Shown piece by piece: positions 27,777 through 36,995 of a stretch of 64,000 nucleotides of DNA. Numbering within the stretch: the first letter of the stretch is position 1; every line of letters starts with the position of its first letter. The notes under the pieces are model-generated. The model was not told the origin of the DNA and did no database searches. It was given only the letters and a program-made list of their open reading frames with translations. A program made the translations under genes and the position numbers. Source of the stretch: a virus; the IMG/VR virus record IMGVR_UViG_3300045973_001103, positions 2,413 through 66,412 of that record; one strand, written 5' to 3'.

Positions 27777-28432
27777 ACAAGTCTTTAGCGACCGTTCTCG
27801 CCGAAAAGAACGTCAGCCGGAAGATCCTGGACCAGTTCGGCATCTGCTACTACCGTGACGGCTCGGTGTATGGAGCTGCCAACCCCCTCTGGTCCCACAA
27901 AATATCCACCTGGCCGGCAGGTGAGCGCCTGGTCTACCCTTTGTACGATCTCCACGGTATTTACAAGGGACTAGCCTTCCGTACACCCGGCCTCAAGTTC
28001 TTCTACGACACCACTGAGAACGTGCAGCCCGCTGAGATCCTGTACGGACTTCACGAAACTAAGGCTTGCATCGCAGAACAAGAATATGCTATAGTCCTTG
28101 AGGGGATGTTTGACTTCCTCAAGTTGTACGAGTCTGGTATCGGCAACGTAGTCACGACACAAGGCACATATTTATCATGGGATCAGATGTGCCTACTTAG
28201 ACGGTTCTGCCGGTGCGCGCTGATATGCTATGACCCTGATGACGCGGGTCGGGAAGCAGCTGAGAAAGCTGCGGACACTTTAAGAAGAGGAGGTATTCTG
28301 CCTGTAATTGTGGATCTTGACGAGGAGATAGATCCAGATGAGTATGTGATGAAACATGGCAAGCAGAAGTTCTTGGAAACATGTTTCCGATCCCTAAACG
28401 CTACCGACTCAAAACAATCGATAGATCTCTGA
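27773..28432 (+). CDS. DnaG-type primase catalytic (TOPRIM) subunit lacking zinc-binding domain
   Basis: LYGL, LEGMFD, CYDPDDAGREAA, DPDEY; TTGA overlap with pol. Confidence 0.88.
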   Translation: MNKSLATVLAEKNVSRKILDQFGICYYRDGSVYGAANPLWSHKISTWPAGERLVYPLYDLHGIYKGLAFRTPGLKFFYDTTENVQPAEILYGLHETKACIAEQEYAIVLEGMFDFLKLYESGIGNVVTTQGTYLSWDQMCLLRRFCRCALICYDPDDAGREAAEKAADTLRRGGILPVIVDLDEEIDPDEYVMKHGKQKFLETCFRSLNATDSKQSIDL

Positions 28433-28935
28433 ACTGGTATATCCTGTGGGTAAACTCACGCCAATATCAGACCCAAACCTACAAATTTCTCGACGAGTAT
28501 TCAGCATGGATCCCAGGTAAGAAAAACACTTCAAAGTTCGGCGACGATTGCGTAGAGATCTCCGAACCACTGTTCCCCGGGTACATCTTCATAGGCGTAA
28601 ATGAAGAGACCCACCTCACCACCATAGAGGCCGCCGTCCACAAGGCGAGCCTCTGTTTTTATTTCCTCCGCGACATGCGCGGGGACTATTATTCCATGAC
28701 CTATCGTGAGCTGGAGAAGATGGTCACGACGGGGGACAAGCACGCGATGCCTAACTATGACGCCGGGCTGCGCGTGGGGCGCCGCGTCCGGATCGCTGTG
28801 GGACCGTACACCGGAGTCGTGGGCAAAGTTACGTCGATGACGAGAAAAGATATCCAAGTTGAGGCCACATGCTTAAAGAAAAATCTGCTTATAATAGTGA
28901 ACCGGTCGAACTATCTCGTGCTGGAGCCAATCTGA
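28381..28935 (+). CDS. NusG/RfaH-like transcription elongation factor
   Basis: NGN domain (WYILWV...PLFPGYIFI) plus KOW (GRRVRIAVGPYTGVVGKV). Confidence 0.88.
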   Translation: MFPIPKRYRLKTIDRSLNWYILWVNSRQYQTQTYKFLDEYSAWIPGKKNTSKFGDDCVEISEPLFPGYIFIGVNEETHLTTIEAAVHKASLCFYFLRDMRGDYYSMTYRELEKMVTTGDKHAMPNYDAGLRVGRRVRIAVGPYTGVVGKVTSMTRKDIQVEATCLKKNLLIIVNRSNYLVLEPI

Positions 28936-29450
28936 TGCTTGGCAAGAACGTCCACTACACGTTCGAAGAGGTCATCAAGGAGATGGACCAGCTTGAGACG
29001 TCGGACCTGATGGGGTGGATGACCTTGATATGCAAGCACTACCTCTCGGAGCGGGACATCGTGATACTCGAGGCGCTGAAGGCCAAAACCGAAGGCAAGT
29101 ACAAGCAGCGTGAGCTGTCCGTCTTGTTCGCGATCGCCCAGCCGCACCTGTCCGACAACTTCCGGCGCATCCGGCTCAAGATCCTGAACCTGTACAACTT
29201 CCTCCAGTGCGATAACATGGTTTCCGAGTACTTTGCCGCCAAAGTGGACCTGACCAAGAAGCAGTATTCCCTCCTCCAGCTGGCCATGGCCGGCAACAGC
29301 TTCTACGACATCGCCAAGGTGGAGCAGGTCAGCAACCCAGACGTGTCGATCATGTTCAAAACGGTCCTGGCCAAGCTCGAGGCGACCAAGAAATACCCCT
29401 ATTTGGTGAAGTTTCTGTATCGATACAAGGGCAAATTCATTAAAAATTAA
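28935..29450 (+). CDS. tandem sigma-region-4/LuxR-like HTH protein
   Basis: LSERDIVIL...QRELS...QPHLS and LTKKQ...GNSFYDIAK...SNPDVS; TGATG overlap with GGAG SD (alternative start 28869). Confidence 0.7.
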   Translation: MLGKNVHYTFEEVIKEMDQLETSDLMGWMTLICKHYLSERDIVILEALKAKTEGKYKQRELSVLFAIAQPHLSDNFRRIRLKILNLYNFLQCDNMVSEYFAAKVDLTKKQYSLLQLAMAGNSFYDIAKVEQVSNPDVSIMFKTVLAKLEATKKYPYLVKFLYRYKGKFIKN

Positions 29451-29471
29451 GTATAAAGTTGTATATTAATA
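29451..29471 (+). promoter_or_regulatory. putative late promoter 1
   Basis: GTATAAA-gttg-TATATTAATA. Confidence 0.75.
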
Positions 29472-29483
29472 ATGGGAGACCCT

Positions 29484-30422
29484 ATGTCTATTTCCGCAGC
29501 CACGCACGCCGAACACCCCGGTGGGCGCCCCCGCACAGGTTTAGGTACAGACCCCCAGGAAGCCACCACGCTCCGCCTGTACCTCCCTTACGTCTTTGAC
29601 GATGACATCCAGCGCCAGGCCACCGCGCGCAAGCAGGTTCTGGATCTCCTGCAGAAGCCCGGCGGCATCGCTGACCAGGTTTATCAGCAGGAAGTGGACT
29701 TCCTGACCAAGTACGTAAACTCGTCCGTAAAATCCTACGCCGATTTCCAGGATCTGATGTACTCCAAGATACACCCCCAGTACATACAGATGATGGAGCG
29801 GACCATATTCCGCCCCGAGATCATATCTCGGATAGTCAACCCGGAGTCGGGCCAGCGGTCAGACAAACAGATGCGGTCCACGGAGAGCATGGCACACCGC
29901 AAGATAGCGGATGTCCTCCGCAGCTTGCTGCGCTCGTTAGCCGGCCAGGAACGTCAGCTGCTGGGGCTTACGGACTCTGCCGGCCACTACAGCATACCCT
30001 CCGCCAAAAACAACTGGCGCCACAATGAGGAAGTTTCCTTGGACGCTCCGGCATCCCAGGGTGAGGGCGCGCAGGATCTCATAAACGCCATCCCAGGCCC
30101 CGCCAGCGAGCAGCCAGAGCACAACATGAAGGCACTGGTTTCCGAAGTGGCGGCCGAGGCCCCTGCGGAGATCCGGGAGCACGTGGAGTCCATAGTTTCC
30201 ACCATGGCCGAGCGCCTGGAGGAGGACATGAACCCCACAGAGCTGGCCGAGGACACCAGGGCGATTGTGGAGTGGTACGCCGCGGAGCGCCTCCACGTTA
30301 TCGAGCAGCTCCCAGAGGGTGACGCCCCGGATAAGATATTCTGGCAGGACCCGGCCGTGCTGCAGAAGCTCTCTGACAAGATCACTGCCACCATTCTGGC
30401 CTACGAAAACGCAGAAGGATAA
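29484..30422 (+). CDS. hypothetical protein with sigma-factor-like segment
   Basis: EEVSLDAP...DLINAIP resembles sigma region 3.2; GGAG SD before ATG 29484. Confidence 0.55.
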   Translation: MSISAATHAEHPGGRPRTGLGTDPQEATTLRLYLPYVFDDDIQRQATARKQVLDLLQKPGGIADQVYQQEVDFLTKYVNSSVKSYADFQDLMYSKIHPQYIQMMERTIFRPEIISRIVNPESGQRSDKQMRSTESMAHRKIADVLRSLLRSLAGQERQLLGLTDSAGHYSIPSAKNNWRHNEEVSLDAPASQGEGAQDLINAIPGPASEQPEHNMKALVSEVAAEAPAEIREHVESIVSTMAERLEEDMNPTELAEDTRAIVEWYAAERLHVIEQLPEGDAPDKIFWQDPAVLQKLSDKITATILAYENAEG

Positions 30423-30423
30423 C

Positions 30424-31053
30424 ATGGACGGCATAGATACCTCACGCTTTGCGGATAAGAACGTCACCATCATCGAGATGCTCGAGACCCTCAAGAAGGG
30501 CCAAGACGCATACGCTGTTTACACCAAGAATTACAAGCTCGACGAGCTGTACGAGTTCCTGACCAGTCTGTCGGAAATACCGGCAGACCGCATCCCCCAG
30601 CGCCCCAACATCCTGAAGCGTGTGGCCAATACCATCGTGACCAGCTTCCGGCCGGAGACGGTCAATAAGCGGGACTTCAGCATGATCTTCGAGCAGGTGG
30701 ACGACATTCTGAAGGTCGACGCCGGCCCCCAGGGCGCGCTCCTGCAGAACCTCGTCCGCGCTTGTCTTAACCGAATTTCTGATCTGGAGAATACCTCCCC
30801 CGCGGAGGACTCAAACAAGAACGTGGAAGCCTCCATCGTCAAGTACGTCGGTGAAGTCCGGAACCTGGTAGACTCCATCAACCAGCACGCCAAATCTGCG
30901 TCAGAGATGCGTGAGGCCGTGGCGAAGCAGGCCCGCATGGAGAACCAGATCATCATGGACGCGGTCAAGGAGACCGTCAATACCATGTTCCCGGCCAAGA
31001 TGGCCGAGTTTCAGCGCCTGCTGTTGAGCAAGCTGACCAGCTTTAAAAAATGA
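30424..31053 (+). CDS. helical protein, candidate terminase small subunit
   Basis: AAGGA SD; position upstream of TerL; function is inference. Confidence 0.45.
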   Translation: MDGIDTSRFADKNVTIIEMLETLKKGQDAYAVYTKNYKLDELYEFLTSLSEIPADRIPQRPNILKRVANTIVTSFRPETVNKRDFSMIFEQVDDILKVDAGPQGALLQNLVRACLNRISDLENTSPAEDSNKNVEASIVKYVGEVRNLVDSINQHAKSASEMREAVAKQARMENQIIMDAVKETVNTMFPAKMAEFQRLLLSKLTSFKK

Positions 31054-31526
31054 AAATCCTAAACGGGTATAGCGACCTGGCGCCTGCCTTCAAAAGCAAG
31101 GAAGAGTGCGTCATAAAGGGCATAGACTGGGCTACCCGGTTCGTGCGCCCGTTCCGTTGCCATGTTGTCCAGGTGCCTGCGTGCCTGGTCCAGCGCATAT
31201 GCACCACCACGTACAGCAGCATCGCCCTGCCGCAGCACAAATTTCTGGTTAATTCCCTGCCGCAGCACCCGTTCTCATCAGTCCCTTTGACCAGCCTGCT
31301 GCGTGTTCCGCTCGGGCAGCTCCAGCCGCAGTTCGTGGTAGCTGTGGCACCAATCGCTGAGGTTTCCAACAACCCGTATTACCCAAATTCAGGCATTATA
31401 TCCGATCACGTGATCACTTTCTCCCGCATCACCAACGTCAACTACGTGGACGTCAACCCAGTGTACGACGTTGTTCTCGACGAAGGTGACACTTACATCC
31501 TAAATAACACGGTGCGTGTACTATGA
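31050..31526 (+). CDS. stand-alone degenerate Hint (intein-like) domain protein
   Basis: PQHKFL (block B-like) and FSRITNV...VYDVVLDEGDTYILN (block F-like); no Cys1 or terminal HN. Confidence 0.6.
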   Translation: MKILNGYSDLAPAFKSKEECVIKGIDWATRFVRPFRCHVVQVPACLVQRICTTTYSSIALPQHKFLVNSLPQHPFSSVPLTSLLRVPLGQLQPQFVVAVAPIAEVSNNPYYPNSGIISDHVITFSRITNVNYVDVNPVYDVVLDEGDTYILNNTVRVL

Positions 31527-33334
31527 GCCTGCGCAACGCCGTAATTAAGGCCAAGCGCTTCAGCTTGTCACAGTTCGTGCACGATGAGACGATAGACAGC
31601 GCCATTAAGTTCGTCACCGAGCAGATGAACCAGGTGACCACTGACGTAGAGTTTATCGAGCAGCCGGTCGGATTCAGGGAATTTGTCGAATCGAAGGACC
31701 ATATGGACTTCCCGCCGCTCTCCGAGCGGCAGTACATGGTGTTCGACTTCATGATCGGCGACGACCCACAAACCGCATTCAGCAATGGTAACTCCCTCGC
31801 TATCCTCGCCTGGGGTAAAGGGTCCGGAAAAGACACATTGTGCGTGCTGATCCTGTGTTACGTCTGCTACCTGTGCCTCTGCATGAAGTCGCCACAGGTC
31901 TACTTCAAGCAGCCCGAAGGCGAGTGTCTGGACTGCGTGAACATCGCCCCGTCAGGCGCCAAGGCTAACGAGGTATTCTTCGAAAAGCTGCGTCAGCGCG
32001 TGCTCCGGTGGCGCTGGCTCAAAGACAAGTACCCGATCCGGAACTCTGGTGCGTTCATCAGCCAGGTCAAGCCCGACGCTGGTGAGCCCTACGTCACCAT
32101 CACGAAGGACGGTATCATTTTCCCGAAGCTGATCCGTCTTCTTTCCAAGAACTCTGACAATGAGAGCGCCGAAGGTCTCAATACGCTCGTGTACGTTCTC
32201 GACGAAGCGTCCGCCTTCCAGGGCACCAACAAGGCACGCAACGCCTCCAAGATTTACCGTAACGTAAAGTCCTCTAGCACCACCCGGTTCGGTATGCGCG
32301 GCAAGGGTTTCATCATTTCCTATCCGCGCGAGATAGAAGACTTCACCATGCAGATGTACCGGGCGAACTTGAAGAACCTCCACGTATACACCGACAAGGC
32401 CGCAACCTGGGAAGTGAAGCCGCTACACCTGTTCAGCGGCCAGTGGTTCGACTTTGAGGACGGAACCATCGACGTGGTGGTGGACGGGGTAATGAAGAAA
32501 GTACCCAACATCATCCGGGTTCCTCTCGAGTTCAAAGACGAGTTTGATACCAACCCCACCGATGCCAAAATGATGCTCATGGCCGATCCTCCGGAAACGG
32601 AGCACGGTTTCATCGAGTACCCGGAGAAGGTGACGGAGTGCATAGATCCGTCTTCCCGGCCGGTCGTAAACGTTGAGGACTACGTGGGAGATCCTGGCGG
32701 CAAAAACCGTAGCGGACCGAAGGTCTGTAAGCGCATCACCAGCTTCAACAGCAACATCGTCAGCCCTCACGACCACATTATCACGATCGACCTTGGCCGC
32801 AGCACCGACAAGGCCGCGCTGTCTATGTTCCACCGAGAAGTTATAGCCGGCCAGCCCATTTTCGTGCAGGATCTAGTGACTGGATGGCTTCCGGATCGCA
32901 AGAACAAGTACATGGTCTCGTTCACCAATGTGCGCGAGTTCATTCAGCAGCTGGCGGCCCGGTACAGCATCATGGGAGTGTGGTTCGACCAGTGGCAGAG
33001 CGCATCGTTGCAGGAGGAACTTAACGCCGCGTCCATCCCCTCGTTCGAATATAACCTTGACCTGGCCGACTACAAGACTTTCAAGGAAATGATTTACACC
33101 AAGCGGTACAAGCTGCTCCCTTTCGCCCCGCAGATCCTGGAGATCAAGCAGCTTATCTCCCTGGGGCACCGTGTAGACCACCCGTCCACCGGCAGCAAGG
33201 ACTACGTCGACACCATTGTCGGCGCCACCAAGGTGTGGTTGCTTAAGCACAAGGCCACCAACGAGGAAGACGGCTGGGGAGAAGTGGAGACGATCGAGGA
33301 AAACCTCACGATGCAGGACCCGTGGGCAAACTAG
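31523..33334 (+). CDS. terL: terminase large subunit
   Basis: WGKGSGKD Walker A, VLDEA Walker B, ITIDLG, FDQWQS, DHP...SKDYVD nuclease motifs. Confidence 0.93.
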   Translation: MSLRNAVIKAKRFSLSQFVHDETIDSAIKFVTEQMNQVTTDVEFIEQPVGFREFVESKDHMDFPPLSERQYMVFDFMIGDDPQTAFSNGNSLAILAWGKGSGKDTLCVLILCYVCYLCLCMKSPQVYFKQPEGECLDCVNIAPSGAKANEVFFEKLRQRVLRWRWLKDKYPIRNSGAFISQVKPDAGEPYVTITKDGIIFPKLIRLLSKNSDNESAEGLNTLVYVLDEASAFQGTNKARNASKIYRNVKSSSTTRFGMRGKGFIISYPREIEDFTMQMYRANLKNLHVYTDKAATWEVKPLHLFSGQWFDFEDGTIDVVVDGVMKKVPNIIRVPLEFKDEFDTNPTDAKMMLMADPPETEHGFIEYPEKVTECIDPSSRPVVNVEDYVGDPGGKNRSGPKVCKRITSFNSNIVSPHDHIITIDLGRSTDKAALSMFHREVIAGQPIFVQDLVTGWLPDRKNKYMVSFTNVREFIQQLAARYSIMGVWFDQWQSASLQEELNAASIPSFEYNLDLADYKTFKEMIYTKRYKLLPFAPQILEIKQLISLGHRVDHPSTGSKDYVDTIVGATKVWLLKHKATNEEDGWGEVETIEENLTMQDPWAN

Positions 33335-33342
33335 GAGACAAT

Positions 33343-33663
33343 ATGGACATTAAAAAGATGCTGGAGAACATGCGGAAGCGGCTGTCACCCAAACCTGACG
33401 GCTCCGGCACGCCCCCGGGCCTGAAAGACAAGCGCAAGGATCTCTACGAGACCGATAAAACAGCCAAGGACGGCCCCCAGGGCGGCCCTTCGTTCGTTTC
33501 AGGTAGCGATCAGCCCGGAATGCCCGGAAACTCCACTGGCGAGGCTGCCCTGGACCACGCAGGACTCGGCGCGCCTGGCGATCAGTACGGCGCAACCTGG
33601 GGTGAATCGACCACACGCGAGGGTTCATGGGGAGTAGGGGTAAACGTGCGCAGGCTGCCATAA
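33343..33663 (+). CDS. low-complexity hypothetical protein
   Basis: AGGAG SD, Gly/Pro-rich. Confidence 0.6.
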   Translation: MDIKKMLENMRKRLSPKPDGSGTPPGLKDKRKDLYETDKTAKDGPQGGPSFVSGSDQPGMPGNSTGEAALDHAGLGAPGDQYGATWGESTTREGSWGVGVNVRRLP

Positions 33664-33675
33664 TTTACAAAATAT

Positions 33676-33697
33676 GTATAAACTCTCATAGTAAGTA
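33676..33697 (+). promoter_or_regulatory. putative late promoter 2 (variant)
   Basis: GTATAAA-ctct-CATAGTAAGTA. Confidence 0.6.
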
Positions 33698-33700
33698 GAT

Positions 33701-34198
33701 ATGACTATTGCCACGCAAAGAGCTAACAAGCGTATCAGAGACGCAAAGTGGAGAAAGGCACATCCTGCATATTGGGCTAAATACCACAGGGAGCACAAAG
33801 ATGAGCACAACTCCGCATATCAGAAATGGCTCAAGGCTCATGCGGACGAGGTGGTAGCTTACCGTGCAGAATATTATTTAGCGCACAAGCAAGAGCTTAT
33901 GGAGGGCATGCGCCAATACGCTAAAGATAACGCGGGTAGGATCAATGCCAAGAACATGCGCCGTTACGCTGCCAAACTCCATGCTACACCACCTTGGCTC
34001 ACCCCACAGCATTTCGCAGATATAGAGAAGCTATATGTTGAGGCGCATCGGTTGCAGGCGGTAGATGGAATTAAGCGCCATGTGGATCATATTTATCCGT
34101 TGCGCGGAAAGACTTTAAGTGGTTTACATGTACCTTGGAACTTACAAATTTTAACAGCAGCAGAAAACAGAAAAAAGCGTAATAAAATAGTCATATAG
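33701..34198 (+). CDS. HNH endonuclease
   Basis: HVDHIYPL...SGLHVPWNLQILTAAENRKK; visibly more AT-rich than flanks. Confidence 0.9.
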   Translation: MTIATQRANKRIRDAKWRKAHPAYWAKYHREHKDEHNSAYQKWLKAHADEVVAYRAEYYLAHKQELMEGMRQYAKDNAGRINAKNMRRYAAKLHATPPWLTPQHFADIEKLYVEAHRLQAVDGIKRHVDHIYPLRGKTLSGLHVPWNLQILTAAENRKKRNKIVI

Positions 34199-34210
34199 AT
34201 GAGGATACCT

Positions 34211-35671
34211 ATGCTAAAAATTTCCAAAATTATACAGCCCGGGTCGCTTACCGGCGCGCAGATGGCCAAAGATATGGTGGACGCGATCGGGATGTCCGTG
34301 GATGAGAGCATCCGCAACGACTTCAAGGTCATGCTCGAGGGGCGCCTCCAGTACATCGCCCAGATAATTTTCGATTACAACAAGTCCCACAGCGGCGGCA
34401 GCGGCCTGGTCGCCCTCAACGACACACGCCAGCAGCTTGAGACCATCGCCGACGAGATGGCGGAAGACATCAACGTGGCCAACATGCTTCCGGCCACCGC
34501 CGAAGAGATCCCGGCCGACCGCGCGACCCTCATGGGCCTCCTGGACATCGCCAACAAATACCCGACGTACTTCGACACCTCCCTGATCAACCACCTGGAG
34601 GACGCCATGGCGCAGACCGAGGACGTCACCCCGATACAGCAGGAGATGGTCGCCTCCGGAATGTTCTCCGCCCAGCAGCGCATGGACATGTTCATCGCCA
34701 AAACCAAGTCCACCATGGAGCGCTACGAAGAGATGGCCCGCATGGACGTAGGGCAGAAGACCGTGGAACAGGAAATGCGCGAGCAGAAGAAGGGCGACAA
34801 GGCCAATGCAGCCGAGGAAGAGCAGAAACGCCTCCGCGAACTGGGCCTCGAGCCGGAAACCAAGATAGAAAACCTTACCCCCGAGATGCGCGCGGAAGTG
34901 GAAGAGCGCCAGGCCGAGCAGGCCGCGGCTCAGCTGCGCGAGGAAGAGAAGGCCAGGGCCCAGGGCGAGTCCCGCACAGAGTTCTATAAGGGCACGATGT
35001 CCCCCACCGGCGAGATCCCCGGCCTGGATCAGTTCATGAAGGACCTTCAGGTGATGGCCCACAGCTATTTCCCCGGGGACGAAGAGATGCGCGCAACCCT
35101 TATCGCATACACCGGCGCCCTCATGGACGCGGCCGCCAAAGATCCCGACAACTGGCAGCAGATCGCCAAGGAAATGTTCAACAGCTACCCGATGCTGGAG
35201 AGCCTGGCCTCCGAGATGCAGCAGAAGATCGACAGCCAGACCTACGAACGCGAGCAGAAGATACGCGCCCCTCACCGCCCGCCCCAGGAAACAACCCCCG
35301 AATCCCAGAAGATCGAAGAGCTGCCCGCTGACGTGTCCGTGACCCCGGAAGCGCCGATAGCGCCCACCTCCGCGATCATAGTCAAGAACCAGGAGTTCGA
35401 CGCCATGAAAGGCCAGGGCCCCTGGGAGCTGGATCTCGAGGCCAAGGCCATACGGCGCCGCAAGGTTATGGTGGCCAACGCCATCATGGGCCGCCCGCCC
35501 GTGCCCTTCACCATTAACGACACCGTGGGCTTCAGCCGCGGCAGCGCGATAGACAGCGGTAAGATCGTGGCCATCAAGGCGCACAGCTACATCGTGGAGA
35601 ACGCTGCCAAGAACCGGACAGAAGTGGACCACGAAGCGGTATTCGAAACATCAGCAACGGATCTGTTCTAA
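34211..35671 (+). CDS. acidic putative virion/internal head protein with C-terminal SH3-like barrel
   Basis: GAGGA SD; Glu/Gln-rich; C-terminal FTINDTV...GKIV...YIVE. Confidence 0.7.
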   Translation: MLKISKIIQPGSLTGAQMAKDMVDAIGMSVDESIRNDFKVMLEGRLQYIAQIIFDYNKSHSGGSGLVALNDTRQQLETIADEMAEDINVANMLPATAEEIPADRATLMGLLDIANKYPTYFDTSLINHLEDAMAQTEDVTPIQQEMVASGMFSAQQRMDMFIAKTKSTMERYEEMARMDVGQKTVEQEMREQKKGDKANAAEEEQKRLRELGLEPETKIENLTPEMRAEVEERQAEQAAAQLREEEKARAQGESRTEFYKGTMSPTGEIPGLDQFMKDLQVMAHSYFPGDEEMRATLIAYTGALMDAAAKDPDNWQQIAKEMFNSYPMLESLASEMQQKIDSQTYEREQKIRAPHRPPQETTPESQKIEELPADVSVTPEAPIAPTSAIIVKNQEFDAMKGQGPWELDLEAKAIRRRKVMVANAIMGRPPVPFTINDTVGFSRGSAIDSGKIVAIKAHSYIVENAAKNRTEVDHEAVFETSATDLF

Positions 35672-35690
35672 AATCAGTCAGGAGACGACC

Positions 35691-36965
35691 ATGGAAAACG
35701 CTTTCAACAAACAAGCCGGCAGCGGAACCTACATGATGGAGAAGATGATGGAGGGTACCGCCTTCGCCGGCACAGGTACTCCGCAGGAGCTCGTCGAGCT
35801 GGAAAAGAACCTCCGGCAGCTCATCCAGGTGAAAATGTACCCCTACAATTACCTGGAGAAGTACCTCGTCTCCCAGGGCTACCAGCAGAGCGACATCCGC
35901 AACGTGTTCAAGCAGATCACGGGCGTGCCTGTAGAGGACTTCCTCTCCGACAACGCCAACATGATGTCGACCCCGGCCGCCATCCCGTCCTACAACATGG
36001 GCTGGGGCGAAGCCAAGGGCTCCAAGTTCGATTACCTGTTCATCATGCCCTGGGTCGCTGGCTACTCGATATTCGGGCAGAAGGGCGACTTCCACCGCGA
36101 AGAGATCGGCAACTATCCGCTGCTCGCCGATGCCCGCGAAGACATCATGGGCAAGGTGAAAGAATACCACCAGCATGACAAAGTGGTGAACCTCGACCTT
36201 GACAAGCCGAAGGAGAACCACTTCTCCGGCTTCAGCGAGCCGAAGTTCTCTACCCTGTCAGCTGACGGCCGCTCCGTCGAGGAATACATCACCATGAGCG
36301 GGACCGACAAGAATCCTCTGGTCGCCTCTGCCTACGTGAAGGACGCATATTTTAACGGCTTGATTTCAAAGCCGGACTTTGTTATCCTTTCAGCGCGCTA
36401 CATTAAGGCCGCGGACGACAAAGAGAAGGCTGACGAGGACAAGGCCGCTGCCAAAGACGATGTGAAGGCGCTGGCAGACAAAGAGGACGCAACACTCCTC
36501 GACGACGTTATCAAGGAAGACAGCCCCCAGGCTTTCTTCGACTCACAGGTGGGGAAGCAGGACGCACATAACCTCACCCCGTTCCTCGACAGCATCGGAG
36601 AGTACCTGGCGGCCAAGTCAGCCGAGATCGCCCCGGAGTACATGTTCTCCCTGAAGAGCTTTAAGTACCAGGCCGTAGAGAAGTTCGAAGCCCACGAGAA
36701 GAACGTGAACACCTCCGACTCCCGGCCGATAGAGATGCTCAACAGCTCCGGCGTGATCGCCGTAATGCTGAACATCGGCAGCGCGAAGCAGTCCAAGGAC
36801 GCGGCCAAGAAGTTCGCGTACATGGTGTTCTCCGTGATAGACGGGGCGCTGCAGACCACCGGAACCTTTAAAGGCACGGACGGCAAGGTATACGCCCTCT
36901 CTAAGGAAGGCGTGGCCAAGTACTTCGGCGGGTCAGACGAAAAGCAGGACATAAAACTGTTCTAA
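35691..36965 (+). CDS. putative virion protein
   Basis: AGGAG SD; 424 aa between TerL and portal. Confidence 0.7.
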   Translation: MENAFNKQAGSGTYMMEKMMEGTAFAGTGTPQELVELEKNLRQLIQVKMYPYNYLEKYLVSQGYQQSDIRNVFKQITGVPVEDFLSDNANMMSTPAAIPSYNMGWGEAKGSKFDYLFIMPWVAGYSIFGQKGDFHREEIGNYPLLADAREDIMGKVKEYHQHDKVVNLDLDKPKENHFSGFSEPKFSTLSADGRSVEEYITMSGTDKNPLVASAYVKDAYFNGLISKPDFVILSARYIKAADDKEKADEDKAAAKDDVKALADKEDATLLDDVIKEDSPQAFFDSQVGKQDAHNLTPFLDSIGEYLAAKSAEIAPEYMFSLKSFKYQAVEKFEAHEKNVNTSDSRPIEMLNSSGVIAVMLNIGSAKQSKDAAKKFAYMVFSVIDGALQTTGTFKGTDGKVYALSKEGVAKYFGGSDEKQDIKLF

Positions 36966-36995
36966 AGAACTGAAAACTGAACTTGAGGTGAACCA

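Noticed and set aside
15778-33334. Inteins or introns inside DnaB, RecA, PolA or TerL
   Set aside because: Protein lengths and motif spacing are normal; no insertion evident.
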